The notes under the pieces were generated by a model. It was not told where the DNA came from. It saw only the letters and a program-made list of their open reading frames with translations, and made no database searches. A stretch of 64,000 nt of DNA from Bacillota bacterium (GTDB taxonomy: Bacteria; Bacillota; UBA5301; Bu52). This document shows, one piece after another, positions 45,353-54,451 of the stretch. Position 1 is the stretch's first letter, and each line of letters opens with the position of its first letter. The DNA is taken from positions 37,631 to 101,630 of the forward strand of contig JADBKO010000002.1 of the NCBI GenBank assembly GCA_014896355.1, written 5' to 3'. A program made the position numbers and the translations under genes.

Positions 45353-47284
45353 ATGGCGAAACAGAAAACAGAACGCGTCCAGGCGGCGCAAACCAGTGCA
45401 ACCCCGGCTGCGGCAGGCGCAGCGGCGGCAACGGGCGGTGCCACGACGGTGGAGATCACCGTAGATGGGCGCAAGGTGCAGGTTCCTGCCGGGAGCACGC
45501 TGTTGCAGGCCCTGCGCGGCATCGGGATCCACGTACCGACTCTGTGCTACCTGGAGGGGCGAACGCCCTTCGGCGGATGCCGGGTGTGCGTGGTGGAGGT
45601 GGCGGGCCGGCGCAATCTGGTTCCGTCCTGCTCAGAACCGGTGCAGCCGGGAATGGTGGTGTCTACTCATTCGCAGCGGGTCCTACGGGGTCGCAAGACC
45701 GTGGTGGAGCTGCTTTTGGCCAATCATCCGGAAGACTGCCTGGTCTGCGAGCGCAACGGCAACTGTGATCTGCAGGACCTGGCCCGGGAGCTGGGGGTGC
45801 GGGAGCGCCGCTACCGGGGCGAGAAACGCCAGGCCCGGCCGGACCTGGGCAGCCCCGTTGAACGGGACCCCAACAAATGCATCCTGTGCGGCAAGTGCGT
45901 GCGGGTGTGCTCCGAGGTACAGGGCGTGGGCGCCATCGACTTCACCAACCGGGGCTTCCGCGCAGTCGTTGCGCCGGCCCTGGGGAGAACTCTGCAGGAG
46001 GCCAGCTGCGTCTATTGCGGCCAGTGTGTGATGGTATGTCCCACCGGGGCTTTGCGGGAACGCAGCAGCCTGGAGGAGGTGTGGGCTGCGATCCACGATC
46101 CCAACCGGGTGGTGGTGGCCCAGGTTGCGCCTGCTGTGCGGGTGGCTGTGGACAGCCAGTTCGGTATGCCCGCCACGCTCGAGAGCACACGGCGGCTGGT
46201 GGCTGCCCTGCGCCAGATCGGCTTCGACCGGGTGTTCGACACGCAGTGGAGCGCGGACCTGACCATCATGGAGGAAGCCCATGAGCTGGTGGAGCGCCTT
46301 CAGGCAGCCGGCGCCGTGCCGGGGAATACGGACACAGCCGGGGCCACAGGCCCCGAAAGAAGGCCGGGAGCCACGGGGCATGTGGGGCCGCTTCCGCTGT
46401 TCACGTCCTGCAGCCCGGGCTGGATCAAATATGTGGAGCATTTCCATCCCGATTTCCTGCCCCATCTTTCTACCTGTAAGTCGCCGCAGCAGATGCTGGG
46501 CGCGGTGATCAAGCGGCTGTATGCGTTTGAGCAGGGAATCAATCCCAACCGGCTGTTCGTGGTATCCATCATGCCCTGCACAGCCAAGAAGTTCGAGGCG
46601 GAGCGGCCGGAGATGCAGCCTGCTGGCACCCGGGACGTGGATGCGGTGCTGACCACCCGTGAACTCCTGCGCATGATGGAGCTGGCGGGCGTGTCCCCTG
46701 CGGATCAGGAACCTATGGACTTTGATTCACCCTTGGGTGAATCTACAGGGGCCGGCACCATCTTCGGCGCCACGGGCGGCGTGGCGGAGGCGGCGCTGCG
46801 CACCGCCTTCTGGATGGTCAACGGCCGCGATTTGGAGAAAGTGGATTTCCCGGCGGTGCGGGGGCTGGAAGGCGTCAAGGAGGCGGTGGTGGATCTGCAG
46901 CCTGGCAAGAAAGGCGGCATTCAGCTGCGCTGTGCCGTGGTCAACGGCCTGGCCAACGCCGGAAAGCTTCTGGACAGCATCCGCCGCGGCGAGCGGCAGT
47001 ATGATTTCGTGGAGTTCATGGCCTGCCCGGGCGGGTGCATCGGCGGGGGCGGCCAGCCGCGGCCGGCCAACGTAGAGGAGCTCAAGCGGCGCATGGCGGG
47101 CCTGTACGCGTTGGACCAGGAATCGGCCATCCGCGTGTCGCACCGGAACCCCACGGTGGTGGAGCTTTACAGGCGCCACCTGGGGCAGCCCGGCAGCGAG
47201 GCGGCCCACAAGCTGTTGCATACGCGTTATACCGCCCGGCCCGGCCTGGCCGAACAGTTGTTGGCACAAGCACAGGAGCAGTAA
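45353..47284 (+). CDS. hydA: [FeFe]-hydrogenase catalytic subunit, M3-type (2Fe-2S + His-ligated 4Fe-4S + 2x4Fe-4S + H-domain)
   Basis: The H-cluster motifs L2 'MPCTAKKFE' and L3 'EFMACPGGCIGGGGQP' are intact. L1 reads 'TSCSPGW' rather than TSCCPxW. The N-terminal plant-type ferredoxin domain is present. Confidence 0.9.
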   Translation: MAKQKTERVQAAQTSATPAAAGAAAATGGATTVEITVDGRKVQVPAGSTLLQALRGIGIHVPTLCYLEGRTPFGGCRVCVVEVAGRRNLVPSCSEPVQPGMVVSTHSQRVLRGRKTVVELLLANHPEDCLVCERNGNCDLQDLARELGVRERRYRGEKRQARPDLGSPVERDPNKCILCGKCVRVCSEVQGVGAIDFTNRGFRAVVAPALGRTLQEASCVYCGQCVMVCPTGALRERSSLEEVWAAIHDPNRVVVAQVAPAVRVAVDSQFGMPATLESTRRLVAALRQIGFDRVFDTQWSADLTIMEEAHELVERLQAAGAVPGNTDTAGATGPERRPGATGHVGPLPLFTSCSPGWIKYVEHFHPDFLPHLSTCKSPQQMLGAVIKRLYAFEQGINPNRLFVVSIMPCTAKKFEAERPEMQPAGTRDVDAVLTTRELLRMMELAGVSPADQEPMDFDSPLGESTGAGTIFGATGGVAEAALRTAFWMVNGRDLEKVDFPAVRGLEGVKEAVVDLQPGKKGGIQLRCAVVNGLANAGKLLDSIRRGERQYDFVEFMACPGGCIGGGGQPRPANVEELKRRMAGLYALDQESAIRVSHRNPTVVELYRRHLGQPGSEAAHKLLHTRYTARPGLAEQLLAQAQEQ

Positions 47285-47310
47285 TGGGGCTCAGGCGCCA
47301 TACGGGGATG

Positions 47311-47338
47311 CCGCCGGGCCCCGTTCGGGGCCCGGCGG
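47311..47338 (+). terminator. Perfect 12-bp GC stem-loop after hydA
   Basis: The hairpin is ccgccgggcccc-gttc-ggggcccggcgg, 27 nt after the hydA stop. It has no U-tract and lies 29 nt before the receiver gene. Confidence 0.4.
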
Positions 47339-47366
47339 GAACCAGGCCACACAGGAGGCGAGTTCC

Positions 47367-47789
47367 GTGGCGGAACGGATCTTGTTGGTGGATGATGACT
47401 TGAATATCCTACAGGCGAACCAGGCGGCCCTGGAGCGCGCAGGTTATGAGGTGGTTCCTGCCACCTGCGTGCGGGAGGCCCTGCGCAAGCCGGATTTGCC
47501 GGGCTTTTCCCTGGTGATTTCCGATGTCATGATGGAGGAGCGGGACGCCGGCTTCATCCTGTGCCACAGGCTGAAAAGCAGCCCGGCCACGGAGCACGTG
47601 CCGGTGATGCTGCTCAGCTCGGCCTATGAGGAAATGGGCATCCGCTTTTCGCTCCAGGATCGCCAGGCGCGGCGCTGGATCAAGGCGGATGCCCTGCTGA
47701 ACAAGCCCATTACGCCGGAGGCATTGGTGCAGAAGGTGCGCGATCTGCTGGCACGCCGCCAGGCCCAGCCTGACTCGGCGCTGGCGTAG
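47367..47789 (+). CDS. Stand-alone response-regulator receiver domain (CheY-like)
   Basis: The phospho-acceptor 'LVISDVMM', the acidic pocket 'LLVDDD' and the 'LNKP' motif are present. There is no output domain. Confidence 0.75.
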   Translation: MAERILLVDDDLNILQANQAALERAGYEVVPATCVREALRKPDLPGFSLVISDVMMEERDAGFILCHRLKSSPATEHVPVMLLSSAYEEMGIRFSLQDRQARRWIKADALLNKPITPEALVQKVRDLLARRQAQPDSALA

Positions 47790-47824
47790 CCAAGCGCCGG
47801 TCCGACGAATCTCCAGGACCCCGG

Positions 47825-48490
47825 TTAGCGGATCTCCAGGACCTCGGCCAGAGGCTTGCGAGGATGGGGCTCCGGGTGCTCCGCCGGCCTGCCCATGGGC
47901 ACAAGGCAGGCGATGCGCCACGGCGGCTCGATGCCCAGAAGCTTTTCCAATTCCCGGGCTGCCACCAGGGGCCCCGTCATCCACACTGTCCCATAGCCGT
48001 AGGCGTAAGCCGCCAGCAGGAGGTTCTCCACGGCGGCTCCGATGCTCTGCAAATCCGGACGCTGCCGGAGGGCATCGATCTCCGCCGGGCTCAGGCCACG
48101 GGCCTGCAGCACTGCCTCGGTGGACGAGGCGTAGGGGGAGACCAGCACCACGAAGGTCACGGGCGCCCCGGTGAAGAATAGGTTCCAGCTCTTGCTGGCC
48201 AGGATCTGCCGCTCACGGCCTTTGGATTCCGGCCACGCCGCCATTTCTTCGATCTTTTCTTCGATGACTGCAGCCATCTGGTTCAATAGGTTGCGGTCCC
48301 GCACAGCCACAAACCGCCACATCTGCTTGTTGCTGGCGCTGGGAGCCAAAGTGGCCAGGCGGACGATTTCACGCAGGTGGTCGTCCGGAACGGGGTCCGG
48401 CAGATAGCGGCGGATGCTGCGGCGTCCTTCCAAGGCCTGCAAAAGCGGCAGGCGGGCAGCGGAATTCTCATTCGTTGTGTGGTCTGTCAC
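47825..48490 (-). CDS. Nitroreductase family protein
   Basis: The N-terminal 'RRSIRRY' and 'APSASNKQMWRFVAV' motifs are present. The GTG start follows AAGGAGG. Confidence 0.8.
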   Translation of the reverse strand: MTDHTTNENSAARLPLLQALEGRRSIRRYLPDPVPDDHLREIVRLATLAPSASNKQMWRFVAVRDRNLLNQMAAVIEEKIEEMAAWPESKGRERQILASKSWNLFFTGAPVTFVVLVSPYASSTEAVLQARGLSPAEIDALRQRPDLQSIGAAVENLLLAAYAYGYGTVWMTGPLVAARELEKLLGIEPPWRIACLVPMGRPAEHPEPHPRKPLAEVLEIR

Positions 48491-48608
48491 GATGAGAACC
48501 TCCTTGGGGTGTCGTGCCGGCCGGGTGTGGGCCGGGCCGCGGCCCCGGGTCGGCGGCCCGGCCGGTTTCTCACAGGGGTATTATACTCCAGGAGAAGGGG
48601 AGGGGAGG

Positions 48609-49589
48609 TCAGTGCTCCGTAACTTGGTCCAGGCTGCCGCGGCCCCGGGCTGCCCGCAACCCCAGCCAGAGCAGGCCTACGCCAATGACAGCCCAGATTG
48701 CGCCGGTCACGGCCATTCTCTCCAGCAGCGCCTGGAGGTCCAGGCCGCTCAACGTTTTTCCGAAGGATGCGCCCGGGGGGAGTAGGAGGCGGCGCATGCC
48801 CTCCAGCCAATAGGTCTGCGGTAGGAGCAAACCTAAGGGACGGGCCCAGCCCGGCAGGACATCCAAAGGGAACGCAGCGCCGCAGAAAAGGTAGAGGGTG
48901 GCATTGAGGGCTTCGCTGCGATCGCCGCCCTCCCGGGCCGAGAGCAGATTGGCCCCTGCCATGCCCAGGCCCATGGTCGCGCTGGCGGCCAAGCCCAGCA
49001 CAAAGAAGAAGAGCAATGCGGGCAGGGATGCGCCTTGCGCCCCGGGGAACCAGGAGCACGGGATCGTGAGGGGAACGTCCAGCCAGAGCCACCCCACCAA
49101 TAGGGCCATGCTCACAGAGACCGTGGCAATGGCCAGCTTTGCCGCGGAACGCCCTACCAGATAACCGGGGAACGAAGGAGCGGCGATCCAGATGTAGCGG
49201 ATCATCTGGTAAAACTCGCGATCCTCGATGATGACCCAACTCATCCCCGAAAGCACGGCGCCCACATACAGAAAGAGCGCATTTCCCGTGTAGAGAAAGT
49301 CGAAGAAGCGCACTCCGGCGCCACCTGCCGCAGAGGCACCCGCCGCAGCCGCGGCGCCGGCCGTCGTGGTTCCCCCGGCGGACCCTGCCACGCCGGCTCC
49401 GGCCCCGCTGCCACCTGCCAGCCGGGCAATGACCAGATACATGAAAAGCGGGATCAGCAGGCGTGCCAGAGGCTGCACCAACGAATAGAGGGCGAACAGG
49501 AACGGGTCTGTCCAGTTGCTCTCCGAGCGCCATCCCAGCCAGGCACCGGCCCGTGCCGACCGCCAGAAAGAAGCCAGAGTCATTGCCAT
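48609..49589 (-). CDS. ABC-2 family transporter permease
   Basis: I placed the start at 'MAMTLASFW' (49589/49583), which makes an ATGA overlap with the upstream permease. It has 6 TM helices. The 5' part of the ORF-track ORF (to 50147) is out-of-frame overlap with the neighbouring gene. Confidence 0.65.
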   Translation of the reverse strand: MAMTLASFWRSARAGAWLGWRSESNWTDPFLFALYSLVQPLARLLIPLFMYLVIARLAGGSGAGAGVAGSAGGTTTAGAAAAAGASAAGGAGVRFFDFLYTGNALFLYVGAVLSGMSWVIIEDREFYQMIRYIWIAAPSFPGYLVGRSAAKLAIATVSVSMALLVGWLWLDVPLTIPCSWFPGAQGASLPALLFFFVLGLAASATMGLGMAGANLLSAREGGDRSEALNATLYLFCGAAFPLDVLPGWARPLGLLLPQTYWLEGMRRLLLPPGASFGKTLSGLDLQALLERMAVTGAIWAVIGVGLLWLGLRAARGRGSLDQVTEH

Positions 49590-50548
49590 TTCAGAGTCAA
49601 CCGTCCCTCCTGCTTCGCCAGCCGCTCCATGTGGTCTAGACTGACCTTGGCCAGAACCAGCATCAGGATGGCTTGCCCCGCCAATAGTCCCATTTCCGCC
49701 GGCACCGTAAGAAAGCCCCAGGCCTGGGCGCCGTAAAACAGCTGGCGCATGGCATCCAGCCCCAGCGTCAGCGGAATCAGGCTGGCCAGGCCTGCACCGA
49801 TCCCGCCCAGAGCCCGCACAGGGAAATACAGGCCGGCGGCCAGATAGACGGGCTCCTGCAGCAGGGTGGAGATATGCCAAGCTTCCCGGCCCCATACCAG
49901 GTAGACCGAGGCCAGCGTCATGCCCAGGCCGTAGAGCGCACCCAGGGTCAGCAGAAAGACCCCGGCCAGAAGCAGCGGGTTGGCGGGCGGCAGCCGGACG
50001 CCAAAGATGGCGCTTCCCAGAAACAGAATGGCGGCCGCTCTCAGAGTGCTGCGGAACGCCCCTCCCACCGCCATTCCGGCCAATATGGCCATGCGGCTGC
50101 AGGGAGCGATGAAAAAGGCTTCCAAATTGCTGGACTCCTTTTCCCAATAAAGCTGGCTGGCCATGCTCCAGAGCACGTCCGTCCAGTAGGCGGTCATGGC
50201 ACCGCCGAGAATGACAAATCCCGTATAAGCCGGCGGCGCGTGCATGGCCCGATAGATGAACACATAGGCGGCGGTGCCCAGGATGGGCAACAGAATCTCA
50301 AAAAACACCCAGGAGAGTTCCCGATTGGCGCCGATGACCCGGACGTAGGCCCTACCCCAGGCAGCCCGCAGGTTCAGCCGGATCAAATGGGCCCAGCCAA
50401 GCGGCAGCGGCCGGCCCGGCGGCTGTGGTCCTGGTGGCCTGCTGCCAAGGAACGCTCCAAGAGAAGAACCGGCCTGAAAAGGCTCCCCCTGGGCTTGGTC
50501 AGATGACGCGCGACGGCTCGTGGTGGCCTCCCAGACTGTTTTGCTCAT
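49580..50548 (-). CDS. ABC-2 family transporter permease
   Basis: It has 6 TM helices and an ABC-2 type sequence. It lies 5-20 nt after the ATPase stop. Confidence 0.65.
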   Translation of the reverse strand: MSKTVWEATTSRRASSDQAQGEPFQAGSSLGAFLGSRPPGPQPPGRPLPLGWAHLIRLNLRAAWGRAYVRVIGANRELSWVFFEILLPILGTAAYVFIYRAMHAPPAYTGFVILGGAMTAYWTDVLWSMASQLYWEKESSNLEAFFIAPCSRMAILAGMAVGGAFRSTLRAAAILFLGSAIFGVRLPPANPLLLAGVFLLTLGALYGLGMTLASVYLVWGREAWHISTLLQEPVYLAAGLYFPVRALGGIGAGLASLIPLTLGLDAMRQLFYGAQAWGFLTVPAEMGLLAGQAILMLVLAKVSLDHMERLAKQEGRLTLKWQ

Positions 50549-50571
50549 TGGGCTCACCCGGCTCACTGGGC

Positions 50572-51873
50572 TCAGCGGCCGGCAGCGGTTTCTGCGGGCG
50601 CCGGCGGGGGCTCCGTCCCAACCCAGTGCAGGAATACGTCCTCCAATGTGGGTTCGCGTTTTTCGATGCCTACAAGGGTGATCCCGGCCAAGGCCAGCTG
50701 CCGCAGGAACTCGCCGGCGGCGGGTTCAGACTGCAGCCACGCCTGGATCTGGATCGGTGCACCCGCCGGGGACAGCGGAAGCATCCGCACGGTGGCACCC
50801 TTCTCCCGGGTGCCGGGAGTGGGGCCCCGGTCATCCCCGGCAACGGAGACCGGGCGCCCGCCCTCAGACAGGCCGGCTGCGGCGTCAGGCAGCGTGACAT
50901 TCAGCTGGCGCAAGCCAGGCACGGCCCTTCCTGCGGCCTGCAGCATCTCCTGGATCTGTTCTCCCCGGACCCCGGACTTCGGCGACCTGTCCGGCGTCAG
51001 CACCTGGAGGATGAGCTCGACGCCGAGCTCCAGGCGGGACTTGAGGTCCGCCGGCGATCCGCACGCCAGAATACGGCCGTGATCGATGATGGCAATGCGG
51101 TCACAGAGTTCTTCCGCCTCCGCCAGATAGTGGGTGGTCAGGAGGACCGTTCGCCCCGGCCTCTCCTGCATCCACTCCCGGACGAAGGCCCGGATGGAGC
51201 GGGCGGCGGTGATGTCCAGGCCCAGCGTGGGCTCGTCCAAAAACAGCACGTCCGGGTCGCTGAGGAATCCCCGGCAGAAGTTGAGCTTTTGCCGCTGCCC
51301 CGTAGACAAGCTGTTCATCTTGCTTTTCGCTTTGTCTTCCAGCTGCACCACCTGAAGCAGCCGCCTGATCCGGGGACGCGCCACCGCCGTGGGAATGCCG
51401 TAAAGCTGCGAGAAAAGCCAGAGGTTTTCCTCCACCGTGAGGATACCGTACCCGGATGTCTCGCCTCCGGAGACCATGTTGATGTGGCGCCGGACACTGT
51501 AGGGGTCGGATACCACGTCATAGCCTGCCACCCAAGCCCGGCCGGAGGTGGGGGCCAACAAGGTGGCCAGGATCTTGATCAGGGTGGTCTTGCCGGCTCC
51601 ATTGGGACCCAAGAGGCCGAATAATTCACCGCTGCGGACTTCCAGATCGATGCCTGCCAGAGCCCAGAATTCCTCGGGGCCCAGGGCGTGTCCGTTTTGG
51701 CCGCATCCCTGGGCGCTTGGCGCGATGGTTCTCCCTTCTTGGGCCGATGGCGGGGCGTCCTGGCGCCTTTCGCCGCGAAACAGAATTTGCCATGCTTTTC
51801 GCCGGGCGGCGGTACGCCGGAAGCGCCGGGTCAGGCTCTCCACGCAAATGGCCGGAGTGATCGGCGTGCTCAT
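50572..51873 (-). CDS. ABC transporter ATP-binding protein (ABC-2 partner)
   Basis: It has Walker A (GPNGAGKTT), a signature (LSTGQRQKLNFCRGF) and Walker B (VLFLDEPT). A C-terminal ~120-aa extension follows. Confidence 0.85.
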   Translation of the reverse strand: MSTPITPAICVESLTRRFRRTAARRKAWQILFRGERRQDAPPSAQEGRTIAPSAQGCGQNGHALGPEEFWALAGIDLEVRSGELFGLLGPNGAGKTTLIKILATLLAPTSGRAWVAGYDVVSDPYSVRRHINMVSGGETSGYGILTVEENLWLFSQLYGIPTAVARPRIRRLLQVVQLEDKAKSKMNSLSTGQRQKLNFCRGFLSDPDVLFLDEPTLGLDITAARSIRAFVREWMQERPGRTVLLTTHYLAEAEELCDRIAIIDHGRILACGSPADLKSRLELGVELILQVLTPDRSPKSGVRGEQIQEMLQAAGRAVPGLRQLNVTLPDAAAGLSEGGRPVSVAGDDRGPTPGTREKGATVRMLPLSPAGAPIQIQAWLQSEPAAGEFLRQLALAGITLVGIEKREPTLEDVFLHWVGTEPPPAPAETAAGR

Positions 51874-51980
51874 GGCTCGTCGTGCCTCCCTGCGGTGGCC
51901 GGACCTTCGGACCTTGACGGCCGGGGGTCCCGTGAACCCTGCTGTTGAGTTTACCAGATTGTGAGGTCCGCGCCGAGAGG

Positions 51981-52134
51981 TCGGAATGAATCGGAAACGA
52001 ATACTCCTGCGGCGGCCAGTATTCCTGCGGCGAGTACTGCTGCGGTGACATCGAAAAAGCTATCATGGGGAATAGAGATCGTCAAGCGCGATATCCATCT
52101 GATGCATGTCGCGCATCGATTCATGTCGCGCATC
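51981..52134. repeat. Cluster of short tandem direct repeats in a divergent intergenic region
   Basis: There are three groups of repeats. (TCGGAA[T/A]GAA)x2 lies at 51981-52000. Three copies of a 15-16-nt unit (A)GTAYTSCTGCGGYG lie at 52001-52047. CATGTCGCGCATC x2 lies at 52105-17 and 52122-34. The region is locally low-GC. Confidence 0.5.
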
Positions 52135-52254
52135 CCCCTGCTCACGGATGTCCATGCCCACGCAGCGGACGGCAGGAGTCCGCGAGGGTGGATGCGAATC
52201 CCGCAATGATTCCCGGGCATCCAGGTGCCGGAGAAGTCTGTAGGAGGTAATCCA

Positions 52255-53124
52255 ATGTCGTTGACCATATCGGCCCATTCGTCCCTTTCACCGTGGCAGT
52301 CCCTGCCCTTCGCATGGGAAGGCGTTTCACCGGCGGATGAAGGATCCGGGTTGTCCCAGGCGTTGGTGGTTCTGACGCCGCCCGAGAGCAAACGACTCAT
52401 CGCCCGGGCCGTGGCCGGTCTTCCGGAGGTGCAGTGGGCGCTGAAAAACGGCCGCCTGGGCATCGCCGGCGGCACCACCAACGCGTTTATCGTGGAGGAG
52501 CTGCTGGGAGAGAAATTCGAGAAATCCCGCTACACCGTGGGGATTGTGACGGACGGAGTCCTGAAATCTACGCCGTCAAAAGGCCGCGTCTCCCCGCGGC
52601 TCCTGGATCACGGCCGGCCCGCAGGCGTGGGACTGCGGGACTTTCTACAGGAATTCGGTCCCCGCGACGTCTACATCAAGGGCGCCAATGCCGTGGACCC
52701 GCAGGGCCACGCGGGGGTGCTCTCGTCGGACGTCAACGGCGGCACCGTGGGCGCGATCTGGGGCCGCCTGGTGGCCAGCGGGGCGCATCTCATCGTGCCG
52801 GTGGGCCTGGAGAAGCTGGTGCCCTCGGTCCTGGCGGCGGCACGCCTGTGCCACCAGGGTTGGTACAGCCGGGTCATGGGAGACCCATGCGCCCTGTTCC
52901 CGCTAGTCAATGCCACGGTCATCACGGAGATCCAGGCTTTCCGCCTGCTGGCCGGTGTGGAGGCCACCCATGTGGCGTCCGGCGGGGTAGGGGGATCCGA
53001 GGGCGCCGTGGTCCTCAGCCTGCGCGGGCCGGTGGAAGCCGTGGAGAAGGCCTTCCAGCTGGCGCAGTCCGTGAAGGGAGAACCGGCTGTGCCGGGGCCG
53101 GCCGCCTGGGCAGCGCAGCCGTGA
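52255..53124 (+). CDS. Conserved hypothetical protein
   Basis: An AGGAGG RBS precedes it. The coding bias is good. I recognised no family. Confidence 0.4.
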   Translation: MSLTISAHSSLSPWQSLPFAWEGVSPADEGSGLSQALVVLTPPESKRLIARAVAGLPEVQWALKNGRLGIAGGTTNAFIVEELLGEKFEKSRYTVGIVTDGVLKSTPSKGRVSPRLLDHGRPAGVGLRDFLQEFGPRDVYIKGANAVDPQGHAGVLSSDVNGGTVGAIWGRLVASGAHLIVPVGLEKLVPSVLAAARLCHQGWYSRVMGDPCALFPLVNATVITEIQAFRLLAGVEATHVASGGVGGSEGAVVLSLRGPVEAVEKAFQLAQSVKGEPAVPGPAAWAAQP

Positions 53125-53175
53125 CGTGCCGGCTGCCCGGCCGCTCAGCGGATTTCTGTGCAAGGAGGCCCGCAG

Positions 53176-54372
53176 ATGACTTGGTTGTTGCGCGACATCA
53201 TCGGCTGGCTGGAGGAGCTGGCTCCGCCGGAGGCAGCCGCAGAGTGGGATAACGTAGGGCTTTTGGTGGGCTCGCCCCAGCAGGAGGTCGGGCACATCGC
53301 CATCGCCCTGGACGCCCGGGAAACCCAGATCCAGCAGGCGGCGGAAGCAGGGGCCAATCTGCTTCTAGTCCATCATCCCCCCATTTTCCGCCCTCTGAAG
53401 TCGCTGCGGACCGACACGGCCCAGGTCCGGCGGCTGGCCGCTGCCCTGGCGCACGGGCTGGCCATCTACGCCATGCACACCAACCTCGATGCGGCGCCCG
53501 GCGGCGTAAACGATGCCCTGGCCGCGGCGTTGGGTTTGGTGCAGGTGGAGCCTCTGTCTCACGAGCCCGGCGTGCAGAAAATGAAGTTCGTGGTTTTCGT
53601 GCCGCCGCAACACGTGGAGCCCGTGCGCCGGGCCCTGGCCGCCGCCGGGGCTGGAATCATCGGCGACTACAGCCACTGTACCTTCGCGGCTCCCGGGCAA
53701 GGCAGCTTTTTGCCCCTGGAAGCGGCATCGCCGTTTCTGGGCGAAAAGGGCCGGGTCAACACGGTGGAGGAATTCCGGCTGGAAGCGGTGCTCCCTGCAG
53801 TGGCCGCCCGGCGGGTGGTGGAAAGTGTTCGCCGGGTGCATCCCTATGAGGAAATGGCCTACGATCTGTATCCCCTGGCGGAGCAGGATGCCCGCTGGGG
53901 CATGGGCCGCATCGGGATCTGGGAGCCCGGGGCTGCTGCTTCCGGCGCCGCTGCCGCTCCCAGCGCCGCTGGCCCGGGCTCCTTCGATCTTCCCGCCGCG
54001 GGGAACGGGCGCCTGCGCCACCTGGCGGCCTGGGTCCGGGAACGGCTGGGAAGCCGGACGCTGCGGGTCACCGGGGACCTGGAGCGCCCTGTGCGCAAGG
54101 TGGCGGTCCTGGGCGGCAACGGCGGGGACTTCTTGGCCGCTGCAGCCCGTCACGGGGCCGACGCCTTCATCACCGGCGAGGCTGGCTATCACAAGGCCCA
54201 GGAGGCAGAGGATCTGGGCCTGGCCTTGATCGAGGCCGGGCATTACGAAACCGAGGCTGTGGTCCTGCCTGCGTTGGCGCGCTTTCTGAAGGAGAAGGCG
54301 GAGGTCGCCGGCGCGCCACTGCAGGTGACGGTCCTAGGCGGCGGTCCTCCGTGGCAAGAGACGGGTGGATGA
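53176..54372 (+). CDS. Nif3-family dinuclear-metal protein (GTP cyclohydrolase 1 type 2 homologue) with a PII-like insert
   Basis: An AAGGAGG RBS precedes it. It has 'LLLVHHP' and 'HTNLDAA' metal motifs and a C-terminal 'ITGEAGYH...EAGHYETE'. Confidence 0.8.
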   Translation: MTWLLRDIIGWLEELAPPEAAAEWDNVGLLVGSPQQEVGHIAIALDARETQIQQAAEAGANLLLVHHPPIFRPLKSLRTDTAQVRRLAAALAHGLAIYAMHTNLDAAPGGVNDALAAALGLVQVEPLSHEPGVQKMKFVVFVPPQHVEPVRRALAAAGAGIIGDYSHCTFAAPGQGSFLPLEAASPFLGEKGRVNTVEEFRLEAVLPAVAARRVVESVRRVHPYEEMAYDLYPLAEQDARWGMGRIGIWEPGAAASGAAAAPSAAGPGSFDLPAAGNGRLRHLAAWVRERLGSRTLRVTGDLERPVRKVAVLGGNGGDFLAAAARHGADAFITGEAGYHKAQEAEDLGLALIEAGHYETEAVVLPALARFLKEKAEVAGAPLQVTVLGGGPPWQETGG

Positions 54373-54451
54373 TCTCACCCCGGCTAGAAGCAATGGCTTC
54401 GGACATTGCTACGCCGTGCGCCGCTGAACACGTATTGGGAAAGGGGATTGG

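Noticed and set aside
51961-52209. An 82-aa + strand ORF reading through the tandem repeats.
   Set aside because: The translation is dictated by the DNA repeats (PAAASIPAASTAAV). There is no RBS and the region is low-GC, consistent with non-coding regulatory DNA.
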